Origin: Catajapyx aquilonaris
Lineage: Eukaryota
Assembly (NCBI GenBank): GCA_000934665.2
Contig: JYFJ02000570.1
Coordinates: 62,001 to 120,999, forward strand
DNA: 58,999 nucleotides
Direction of reading: 5' to 3'
Shown here: positions 24,775-36,506 of the stretch, piece after piece
Layout of the letters: every line of letters starts with the position of its first letter
Position numbering within the stretch: the first letter of the stretch is position 1
Position numbers and translations under genes: made by a program
Notes under the pieces: model-generated
The model's input: only the letters and a program-made list of their open reading frames with translations
Told to the model about the DNA's origin: nothing
Databases searched by the model: none

Positions 24775-27700
24775 TTAGCGGCACTCCCAAACCTTCACTG
24801 TTTGGTCTACGCTGCCGGATATCACGTACGGGAGCAACTTGTGGAAATCTGTAAGACAAGACAAGCAGAGTAAGTCACACTGGTAATGTTTGTGCAAGGC
24901 AAATGAGGAGCAGAAATTGACAGTTTAAGTTTGGATCATGACTGCAACAAAGATGGTCCTGGGGAAGAGGCCACCAGCATGATTTACGCCAGTGATGCCC
25001 CCAATTGCATCACTCCACAAACACGATTGTTGTTACCACCATGAAGCAAATTATTACGAAGGCTGAAATTGATCATTTACCCAGGGATGTGCAGAAGTGC
25101 TGGTGTGCCTCGAGAGTCTTCATGCAGCGCTTGTTCCTTGGGTCCCATACTCGCAGAGTCTTGTCATCACTGGCGCTCACAATATATCTGCCACCAGGGT
25201 GGAAAACTATTCCACGGACCCAATTGTCGTGACCAGTCAGGGTGAACATACAAACACCCACGCCTACATCCCACACCTGCAGGAAGATTCATTGTATGAG
25301 TGTAAAGTTCTCTTAGTGAAGTTCGCTCAAGCCAAACAGGCCTACCTTAATAGTCTTATCCCTGGATCCAGAAGCCAGGAAGGGCCCTGCATGTGAGTTC
25401 TTCTTGTTGTTGTCAGTCCCAGCTCCCTCGTTTAATGCTTGGGAGGCACTGTCTGGTGCCCATGCCAAACACTCCACTACATGGTCGTGCTCCCTCAGCT
25501 CTGCTTTGCACTCTTTTGTAGCTGCATTCCACACACGTACTGTCTGGTCATTGGAGCAGGATGCTATCAAGCTACCATCCTGGTTCACTCGGACCATGCG
25601 CACCCACTCACGATGGCCTGTGAATGTCTTCACGCAGTATCTGTTGGTAAGATTGGGTCAGATATAGTCCTCCATGAGTTCTTTTTATTAGGTACAGATA
25701 GGCAGCACTTCTGAATTCATATTTACCTTGCGCAAAGGTGCTGCTTGACTTATTTAATTATAATTTCGATACTCACCCAGTGGCAACTTCCCACATTTTG
25801 ATGGTCTTGTCTCGTGACGACGACAAGATGAAGTCTCCTCCTGGCATAAAGGACACACTGGACACGTTGTGGTCATGACCATGCATTGTCTTCACGCACT
25901 CATATGACTGGAAGTCCCACAGCTTGATGGACATGTCCGCGCTGCATGATACTGCCGAGAGAGAGAGAGAGAGAAAGAGCACACCAGAAATGATTAATAT
26001 TACCAGTCATTACAGCCTAATGTTTAGCACCATGAAGGTGTAATATACCAAAGGAACCGTGACAATGTTTGTACAACCCCATAATTAAAAGCTGGCATTG
26101 TGAATGGAGTTCAGGATACTTCCTCCTCCTTTCTTTTCAGGCTCTCATAATCAAGGATATTAATTACAAGACTCCAGATTCTACTTCCCAAGCACAAAAT
26201 ATTATAACGGCAGGGTGTGATCAGATTAATACTACAGCTGACAATGAAACAATCCAAATTTTACTTCTAACCCCCACTATTTCTGATAAAAAAATTACAA
26301 TCAAGTTAGGACTAACTCAATCTTATCAACCCGACAGTTATTCTACCAAAATAAGTGTATGTCCTATTTGTCTGAGCACCACTTATATGTGGCCACATCT
26401 AGATTAGTTTAATTTATTTCCTCTGAAATTCTTGAGCTTCAACTATTGTTTGAGGGCAAAAGAGCGTAACTAGAGAATCACACAAAATTTCCCGCATAAT
26501 AATGCCTGCTTTGACCACGTACACGATATTATTATGCCTAATAGTTTTAACTAAACGAACTTCTGTTCATAGAACATAAGTCAGCTGAATGCACCATATC
26601 TTTCGGTGATCATCAAATGTACCACAAAAAAGTGATCGATTTTCAAAGTCAACAAATTTTAATGAACATTTCATTATTTTTAAATTGAAAGTGCCTTTCT
26701 CAACTTATGCAGTTTGAATCCTATCAACAGGTAACTAGTACAGCATGTGCACTCACCCAGCCACTTTCCAGTGTGGTCGAATGCAATGTCTTGCACGGAG
26801 TCTGTATGCCCCTTGAGGGAACGCTCATAGTCTCCAGTCTCAAAGTCCCAGATTTTGATGCTGGCATCCTCACTGGCGGAGACCATGACGCTGTAAACAG
26901 GGTGGAAGACGACCCTGGTGATTGGTCCCCTGTGTCCAGATAGGCAGTACTTTTCTGGGGGCCTTGGGATCCACTCGGATGGGGATCGCTTCTCCCTGGT
27001 GGGTGCCCCTGCTATGTACTCCTTCTCTGCCTCTGCAAGCTTTGACTCCAGCTCCATCACCTTCTTCTGCAGGCGGATCACTGATGTCCATTTTTTCTCT
27101 AGTAGTCCACCAAATTTCTTCTCTATTTCTCCAGGCATGTCTGCCTCTTTCTTGAACACCTCCAGGGCGTCCAAGTAGCCATTGTTGCTCAGGTAGTCAG
27201 CAATCGCCTTATTCCTGGATTAGGGATGAAGGGGGCAACAGTCAGAACACCAAATATTATGTTGAACACACAGCATAGAGTAACAGCTTAGGGGCTGTGG
27301 AGGTTCATGACCTGATATTAATATATCCATGGCTTGCTAATGCCTTGTGCAATACAGCCACTGGTGAGTCTACAAGATACTAGCAAGGCTAGACTTAAAA
27401 GTCAAGGCCCTTAAATATTCTCATAGGCAAAAGGGGAGGTTAATCCGTCAGTCAATTCGTCCTATCGAACTATAAGAATCAACACAATGGGATGCATCAA
27501 GTTTACTATCACCTATGTAGAAGTGAAGCCTATGTCAACTGTAATGAATTACTTCAAAATTAAAATCATTAGCAGGAACACACCCCAACAAATTAATCAC
27601 CACAATGAGACACAAGGCAGGGTTGCAGAGAGGTGGGGTAATAATCGGAGATCATCACAAAAATGCACAAAAATTAACATTTAAAAATCCAAACATTTGT

Positions 27701-30197
27701 CATGTGCCAAGTCCAGCTTGAAAATTCCTTCTGACAATCCCCAAAATCTTCAAATATCAAAATCCCACACCCTACACATTAGACTAAATTTATACTTCCA
27801 TATGAAAATTATTTAAAACTCGACCCTTAGCCTCTTACAGTAGTGCAAGCGTAGCAAGGACACAGTACATCCTGTTGATATGCTCCAATCTGAAGATTAC
27901 TCTGCTAATAATGTGGTTGCTGGACCTCCTCCACTGACACTCATTGCCATGATTTATGATAAAAGGTGACAGTAATGTTCATCCGCAGGATTAAGGACAA
28001 AAGCAAGGTGAGTAATGTGCATTTTAAAATGCATAAATTTTCATGTTCATGGCCCTTGCCGAGCTTCTACGTGTCTGACACCTCCAAGGAATCGTGTCTA
28101 GGTCAGATCTGCTCAACCAGAACTAAACCATTTACTTTCCACACACCAAATTCAAAATCGGTCATGAAAACACCCCAAGGCACCAAGAATTAATAGCCTC
28201 AGAATAAAACTGCTCCGTCTGCTGATTCTGCAATTGCGAAGCTTGACCTTGGTACAGTTTCGGGAAGCATGACACAACTGCACAAGTGATTAATGACACC
28301 TCATTATCAATCAAAAGACACCACCAATACTGCACAAACCACCCTACTACCACCCTACCCCAGACATACATTCCAATATATCAGCAATCCCAACATATCC
28401 AAACCGGCTAATCCGGCCAGGTATCATCCAGAATTCCGGTTGTACCATCTTCCTATCAATGAGCTGGATAAAAAAAAATGAGAGCGAGAGAGTGAGAGCT
28501 AATCTGTCGGGGTCGGTCGTCGACCGTCTGCTGGCATGGGCGTAGAGGACCAGAAAAATAAGAAAGGCAACGGTGGTACCCCCTGCCGAATTTTGCCGAA
28601 TCCACGCCCTAGGCTCAGTATAATCTGGTCACCCACTTCCACACGTCATGTAGGCGGGGAGGGCTATCTAATCCACGCATTGACGTCACGCCGACGCCGA
28701 CGACGGCATGCAAATGAGGTCGCAGGAACATAACAAAAAGACTAATTGAGCAACTATGCCAGAAATGCTTTTTTTTTATTTCCTCCTTATGTGTCATCAC
28801 CCTAACTGTTCATGTGAGTCATGACCCACGGCATGAATGGATACCATGTGTGCGACCTTGATGACCCCTTCGACATTTTTTCCCATCAGATGCCTCCACA
28901 AACAGTCGGGCAGGTGAGGACAGGAATGCTTCGGGCACGTGCACAATCAAAGGTCTGGTACTAAGATTTTCGGTGGGGTGCAAAAACTTCTTCCCAACAC
29001 CCCCCCCTAAGCCTCTCCCTCCTTCTTTTGGAGGGGGGCCGCATGACCAACGGAGGAGAAAGCCGTTCCCACAAGAGGCCAGCAGGTCGCTGCTCCCCAA
29101 AGGAACAAGTGGGGTGGAGGAGGAGAAGGCTGCTTTCAAGGGGGGCACAATTCGACAGGTGGGAATGAGTGTTATGGGGTCTGCTTTGCCACTTCTTCTA
29201 ACTCTAACAGTGGAGTAGCCAGTGGCTGACACCACCTGCACTTTCCTCACTATGCACCAAACTTTTGTGTCAAAATTATGGAATGTGTCACAATCTTAAT
29301 CCTTCCTTTTGTACAAAAAACATAACAGGGTCGCAATTAATATTTAGCCTGTTTCTGAGTCTGACACAACCGACACGACAATAGTAACGACAACGGCCTT
29401 TAAGAAAAAGGATCACTTTCAGATGTGTAATGCCAGCGAAATGCGGCAGCTATATTCTGTACTTCCAAGTGCAATCTTGGTGGATTGCCACAAGGTTAAG
29501 CTGGGGATACTCTCAACTGCTGTGTAAACAACAAAATCCCAAGGGGATTGAACTCGTACTCTCACATACGTGACGAACAAGTCCCATTTAAATGTTAGTG
29601 GTTTTAATACATTTCCAGCCAGTTCAATTCACTTTTAATATATTTGGGGGATTCTTCAAACAATTGTTATCCTCAGGCTTGTGTGACAAACCTGAATATA
29701 TCTGACACATTCTGCACACCTCGAATTACTCTGCACTCGTGCACTGGCAGTACCTGTCTGTGAACATCAATGTGTGATGTAACTCGAGGCAAGTATTTAA
29801 TAACACCAACTGGCGTCCTTCATATTGTTGGCTTCCTATTGTATGTGAAAATATCCTACATGTAATTATTACCTGAACATTTCCAGTAAACAAAACAACC
29901 CTGGGGCCTTACTAAATTACTGAGAAAATCTGAAAACTTTACACTCTCAAATTCATTGAAGTGAAAAAAAAGGCCTCATCCAGGGATTACTTGGCTAAGT
30001 AAGCTAAGTAATCCCTGCCTCATCTCAAATCCACTCCGCAATAAAATCCTGCTACTAGCTCCACATGTCCAACTTTTGGAAACCCTATCACCTAGTTCCG
30101 GACTCCGCCATTGACACTATGACGCACACACTTGGATAAGAAAACATGAATGTACTCACAGCTCTTCTCTTTGCCTCTGAGACAAGACCATTTTCAT
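24775..30197 (-). CDS. Lis-1: Lissencephaly-1 homolog (PAFAH1B1), 411 aa
   Basis: Exons 30197-30160, 27214-26757, 25951-25777, 25640-25346, 25276-25081, 24848-24775(TAA). Starts [21 protein letters not shown] (LisH), has [15 protein letters not shown] and WD40 repeats, ends [11 protein letters not shown]. Probable 5' UTR intron 33477-30363. Confidence 0.97.
29981..30017. mobile_element. 37-bp palindromic insertion with a 7-bp target-site duplication (probable DNA-transposon excision footprint)
   Basis: CCTCATC|CAGGGATTACTTGGCT-AAGTA-AGCTAAGTAATCCCTG|CCTCATC. Confidence 0.65.
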
Positions 30198-31639
30198 GAT
30201 CCAAGGCAGGTTTGATGGGACCTCTCCCTCTGGACCTGGAGGATGTCTCTGTTAAACCACCAGAAGAGCCTGATGGGCCGCTGGGGTTGTTGATGGCTCT
30301 GATGTAGCCTCAGTGGTCAGTGGTGATGATCAGGCTGAGGGACTGCTCTACTCGAAACTGGGCTGCAAGAAACAACAGATACACTGACATTGAAAAATTC
30401 TTCCACAAAACGGGAACAGCGAATTAACAAAAAGTCATCTTGGCCATAATTTGTGGAGTGACGCATGAGATGCCAATTTTGACTGGGTTTTGGCGGCATG
30501 TTCAATGCCACATTCCACAATGCAAAAAAAAATTACTGCTCTAGAAAAAACAGATTTAGCATGTTCTGAGCAGCACATCATAATGCACAGAAAATTCCTC
30601 ACTCATTAGACGCCACATCAAATACATTCTGAGAATGTCATTAATTCTACACTGAAACATCGATGAACCAACTGTGCTCATGTGATAATTCACAAAGCAT
30701 AACAATGCAGTACTCAGCAGCACAAGAATCTTATCACAACTCCTTTCATACCATAACATGCACGCTGTGAGATTTTAAAATATTTCGCTAGGATGACTAT
30801 TGATATGCATATTGCATAACCCACTGCAGAAGGCCACAAATATACACGGCTGACACCATACTGAACAAAATAATGTTACTACATTATTTTGTTCCTCCTA
30901 TCTTGCCCAAACAAATCCAGTTGACACAGCACCATATCAAAGGTGGGCATACTATTGAGCACCATTAAACCACTCAAGTCCTCGAAATATTGTCCTTGCA
31001 GTGGTGTCATAAAGCCAGCTATCACTTTAGCTCACCATGTCAAAAAATTCCACCAATTACATAACATGTGCATGCACCTGAATAACTCGGCATGCGAGTA
31101 AGACCCCCCCCCCCCTCCCCCTTCCCGAACAATTACAAGTTGTGGCTGATTAATATGGTCATGCATGATGCAAGTGACAATGTGACATGCCCCTGACACT
31201 GAACCAATTAATTCTGGTGTGTGCCACAGACGCCCTCATTTCACCTGTGCTCTGCTACCATGGGGTGGTCTAGCCGGCATTTTAGGACACCCTCATCCAC
31301 GAGAAACGCAAGAGGAGGAAGGGGGGTGGCGGAGAAGGTGGGGTTGCATGAGTGGCAACAGTGTAGCAGGTGGATCAATACTTCTGTGGGTCGTGTCCCC
31401 CCCACCCTAATTCTCCATCCCACCACACACCCTCCTACCCTGAAATTCATTGGTTGCCCCCAAATAATACCCAAAAATTGCTACGGCATGAGTCAAAATG
31501 AACATCCGCCAGGGGCACCAATATGCTGGTAAAGACATTGGGGCAAAATTTTCCAGTGCAATTAACCTTTCCCTCCAACCCCTCCCCTTCCCCCATTTCC
31601 CCCATAGCTGCAGTGGGGGTCAATATTGATTCTTGGCCA

Positions 31640-33330
31640 TGAAGAAAACTTCCCCCTACGAGTGATGACGCATGCCTGACTACAGGAGGGAAGCGTTGCA
31701 GGATGGTGTCTACAAGAGATAGACCCGGCAGCAGCCCGTTACGAACTTTGCTCCCAGCAGTCCAATTAGATAGCAAATATAGCCACACTGATGATTATGA
31801 ATTCAAATTGTGTCCCCCATAAAACCGCCAGATATCATTTTCAACTGAAACTGGATCAATGGTGACTCATCCTAATATGAAGGGATGGGTGCACCTGCCT
31901 CCTGACCCTCCATCTACTGGCTAACACCTGCTCCTGGATACACCTGCACTGTCACCATGCACTTTGGTATTCATTGTCCTGGGAGCTGACAGCCTCAATA
32001 CGGTCATGTAGAAGTGCTGTTGCCACACACGGCTCATCACCGTGCCAAATTGAAATGCAAAGCTTATGACGTGGGTCTCATCAACTGAGCCACTGGCTGC
32101 TGCTCATGTTCTTGTTACGCGCATCAAATTTCGGCTACGTGTTGAAGTTTCGAATAACAGATGAACCGGTTCGTTGGGGCTTGGCAATAGGTTCTGAAGT
32201 ATAAAGCCTGCATGGTGATGTTAAAATTAGCTTTGTGCAGAGAGATAACAGGAGCTGCATCATGCAATCCACAGGGTCCCCAGTCTCAAGAGAGTCAAAC
32301 TTCATTTTCCCTACCATACACGCACCCTTCTGGCATCAGCGGTGGGGAAAACCCATCCCCTTTTCTCTGAATGTGATGGATAGTACAAGGATAGTCACAT
32401 GCGCTATGGCAATGAACACCTTTGCAATATTCTATTATGCGGTCAGATGTCCCACTGGGCTATGTCCTAGATGCAACACTTACAGATGGTGCGGTCTGTC
32501 AGTATTCCAATTTCACAGCAGATCACACGTACACTCACACCATATTCTGTAGGAAATGGCCCACTTAATAACTTCAACGATTAAAAAGTTGCAGTACGCT
32601 AATTGACATGCACATGTTACGGTTCACATATGACTATGTATACCATAGGAAAACCCATTAAATCATTCAAAAGGTAAGCAAGCAGTCGCACCATATTTGG
32701 ACATGAGCTAAATTATAAAACACATGGTATCCAGGCATTTCTTTGACCAAGTGGAAGGAGCCAGCATCAGGGCAGAGATGAGTTTATGGCGATGTCAATG
32801 TCAAAAGATTTGAAAGGTAAAGGAAGCGTCAAAAACATGCTGGGTCTGGTCTGGTGTTTGAATTCAGACCAAGGGTGATTAAGACATCAGCTCTTCACCG
32901 CCCCTGCTATGGAACCATCATCTTGGGCCACGAAACACCCTGCATACATACTACAGTCTCACAGATATCCAGGGCCATATGACATTTACACAGCTCTTCC
33001 TGTGAATGCTGTGCAGGTCTAGTTTCAATGCGGTGTGAAATGGGAGCCTGAACCAACGCATTCGGTTGCTAAGCAAATGTACTCTCAAACTGCCCTGTCC
33101 ATAAAATGCCCAGTGCTCAACACTGCATGTAACAGCTGATCGCAAGCTGTATCGTCGGTGTGACTACAGCGCCGAGTACGCCTCGACCTGCGCTACTCGC
33201 TGACCCCCACGTAACAGCCCACGCCCAGGTGTTGACCTCCACACCAGTCCTTCTCAACCCATCATCCTCCTGGAATCCCAACAATTGCCATAACTCATCC
33301 TTCCCCACCATCCTTTCGGATCAATGGTAC
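31640..33330 (-). mobile_element. Heavily decayed non-LTR retrotransposon remnant, possibly R2/RLE type
   Basis: Broken minus-strand peptides appear in the expected order: LRVHLLSNRM (RT-like), IAKPQRTGSSVIRNF (cf. LKPQQR..ILR), WTAGSKVRNGLLP...DTILQRFP (cf. AIKVR.N.LPT...HILQ.CP). Resemblance judged by eye only. Confidence 0.35.
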
Positions 33331-33477
33331 AGTAGGGATGGGGAGGTGGAGGGAAGGGAGGGGAACCACCCCCTTCCCCTATCTCCCTTCCCCCTTCCCT
33401 CCCCCAAAAAAGCGCAATAGGTGTAAGGTGCATCTGCAATAATCAAAAAAACGAGTGTGTCACCCTGTGCGACTCAC

Positions 33478-33974
33478 GTCTTCGGACAGGATGGGTCCTC
33501 CTCTGGTCTGGTGTGTCGATTAGTCCACCTCTAGATTCTCACACCCCAGGCCGCGTTCCTTCCATCGCACTAGTAAACTGCCCTTCTGGCTGGGACTGGG
33601 GAGTGGTTGGCTGGCCGAGGCTGGCTGGTTGGAGTGGAGCAGGCAGAGGGGGTCTGTCCTCCGGGGGGGAAGGGGGGCAAAAAAAGGAGAGTGGGCGGGC
33701 GGGGAGGGGGGGGGGTGGGGGGAAAGAGCAGGATGCGGTTGGAGGGGGGGACGATACGCGGCGCTGCAAGGACTGTTATGAAGGGTTGCCAGAACTACAC
33801 TTACATTGTTACAAACTGCAACAATCATCCCGGAAATAAACAGCAATTTAATTTAAAAAAAGACATGAAAATGTCCGGGGTTAAACTAATGGACGGATGG
33901 GATGTCAAATATGGCGGCCTTCAACGTCTGCGTCGGTTGAACGTTGAGGTCGGACGCTGGTGCTGGTGGGCGAA
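33478..33974. promoter_or_regulatory. Shared head-to-head promoter and 5' UTR region of Lis-1 and METTL16
   Basis: Minus-strand donor GTGAGT at 33477 (Lis-1 first exon) and METTL16 ATG at 33975 on +. G-tract-rich, with a YY1/Pho-like ATGGCGGC at ~33911. Confidence 0.6.
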
Positions 33975-35559
33975 ATGGCCAACCTGAACAGGTACATGCA
34001 CTCACGCAATCCATACAAGAACCCGCCGAACTTCAAGGATCTGGCCATCAAGTATCCGGACTTTAGGAAGCATGCGACTCAGGCATGTGGGATGGTTGTT
34101 TTGGTATGGGGGATCAAACCAGCTAACCTTTTTGTTTCTGTAGGAGTTGACAGGGAAGGTTAGGATCAACTTCAGGGATGCTGATGCTCTCCGGGCGCTG
34201 ACTGTGTCCTTGCTGCATAGGGATTTCGGCCTGCAGGTTGAGTTCCCACCTGGACATCTCATACCGACCTTGCCGCTGCGGCTCAACTACATCCTGTGGA
34301 TTGAGGATCTCCTTAGTGTGCTTCCTTACACTGGGCAGCCCACACGTGGTATTGATATTGGGACAGGAGCTGCTTGCATATACCCGCACTTGGCAGCCAA
34401 GAAAAATGGATGGGCCATGCTGGCCACTGAAACCGATTCTGACAACACCCAGTGGGCGGCCAAGAACGTGCGTGAGAATGGGCTGGATGGGCTGATCAAC
34501 ATCAAGCAGGTGTCGGCCGACTCCATACTGGCTGGAAATGTGGAAGCAGATGGCCAGTTTGCATTCTGCATGTGCAACCCACCCTTCTTTGGGAACCCAC
34601 GTGATGCGGAGACGACCAGGGAGCGGAATCCTGAGGGACGACCACCACCACGTAACGCCCGATCTGGCACACCTTCTGAGGTTGCGGTTGAGGGTGGGGA
34701 GGTCGCATTTGTGCAGAGAATGATTGCGGAGAGTCACCACTTGTCTGACCAGGTAGCCATCTTCACTACCATGGTTGGGCACAAGTCGAGTCTGCCAGAG
34801 CTGAAGCATTCAATTCAAGAAGCTGGAGCTGCAATGACTGAGGCACATTTCTGTCAGGGGCATACAATGAGGTGGGGTCTTGCATGGACGTTCCAGGCAA
34901 TCCCCCTCCATGAAGCACCAGCTCTCCGGAAGCCAAAGGACAAACCACCATTGATCTATGTGGTGCCCAAATGGAGTGTGAAGAAATACACTGTGCCCAT
35001 TGTAATGAAGCAGCTTAGGCGCTTTGTCAATGAGCTGTCTGTTGAATGTGAGACCATCAAGTGCAATAAGCACACAGCAGTCTTCAGATTTGTGGCCTGG
35101 GAGAACACTTGGTCAAATAGGCGGAAAAAGAGACGCGAGGCAACGCGGCTAGCAAACAAATCCGAGGTCAGTGATGCTATGGAGATGTCCCCAAGCACCA
35201 GTCATGGGACTAAGCGGCACCGGAGCGATTCAGAGAGCGACTCTGATTCCGAGAAAGCCAAGAAGCTGCGGACTGACGTGGAAGTGGACAGCGGGGTATG
35301 TGCCTCAGAGCTGTCCTTTGGGTCAGAAGAAATGGAAAAGGAGTGTGTGCTGAAATGCAACGCTGTCATACGTCGGTCAAGTGGGAATGTTGTGCTTGAC
35401 CTGCACTGGCTGGACGGGACAGAGGGTAGGGACGCCATGCACCAAGTGATGCAGTACTTGAAGAACAGGCTGGCAGACAGTCGTCCCCCTGCACCAAGTG
35501 AGGAAAAGGCATCGAGTGAAGAACAGGCTTCAACTTCCATGGAAGTAGCCACTGAGTGA
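33975..35559 (+). CDS. METTL16: U6 snRNA m6A methyltransferase METTL16, ~507 aa
   Basis: Exons 33975-34082 and 34144-35559, separated by a 61-nt GC-AG intron. Motifs MHSRNPYK, LIPTLPLRLNY, GIDIGTGAACIYP, catalytic CMCNPPFF, GGEVAFV, QGHTMRWGLAWTF and Arg-rich WSNRRKKRR. Confidence 0.96.
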
Positions 35560-36506
35560 ACAATAAAACTTGTTAAAATGCAACGGTGTTTAATTATTAT
35601 TAATTCCACATGTCCATCTCATTGTTAGGGGACCGGATATACCTCGAAGCTGCATCTCGTCAAAACAAGTTGAGAGAGTATCCCGTGTGGAAAAATCAAC
35701 CCGTTCATCCCAGTGTAGCTTGTCATCTGCAAATGATAGGGTAGAAAAATGAACTCCACAAATTCGTGCAGATGGTTCACGCTCCCAACATTTTTTATTC
35801 CAATGCCCCTTCCACTAAACCCAATCCCGCCAAAAATCTCCCCCCAGGAACCAACAAACGCATTGATCAACAAGCATTCAGGGAAACCTCATAATGAGGT
35901 GCATCATGATCAATGTACTTGCAGGGTCTTTGTTGTATTTTTCAGCACGGAATTGCTGAATGACGCAACAAAATCTGGGCCAACAAGCACACTGTTCATC
36001 ATGCACCTTAGTATCAAATTTCCTACTCTGTCAACAGAACTGAATATTACACGACAGTGTGTATTGGGGTAAAAACGAAACGAGTAACTGGTGACTAGCA
36101 CCCCTTGATGTGGCACAGATCTCAACAACTTCCCAGCCAACAACCTCCAGGATTTGAACAATCTCAACAGAAAAAAATATATATGACAAAAAAATTGAGC
36201 ACTTTCAACGTTGCATGGGATTGTGATGTTATGTTCAATATCCCCCCCACCCACCCCCCCATTTCCCACCCCATGAATCCCCCTGAAACCCGACAATTGA
36301 AAGGGCATTGCTGCAATCACCTACAAACGTGCTATCCGGCCATTCGTGGAAGAAAGAAAAAAAAACAACCATCGCATCATCACAGCTACTCAGAGGTCCT
36401 TGGACCCTGCTCTCTGAACACTACAAAATAAGTTTCTCGCTGACTTTCAGGCGGCAACAGAAGCAACAACAGGCTGACCTCCCCTGCTTGTCGTCAATGC
36501 AAACTC

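Noticed and set aside
28819..29250. 143-aa ORF or R2-like N-terminal remnant in a Lis-1 intron
   Set aside because: Only a vague W.EEEKA resemblance across a frameshift; not supportable without a search.
30198..30312. Non-AUG N-terminal extension of Lis-1
   Set aside because: The frame is open for only ~38 codons, has no ATG, and the 411-aa protein is already complete.
30863..30894. 14-bp perfect hairpin as a second transposon footprint
   Set aside because: AT-rich with no flanking target-site duplication.
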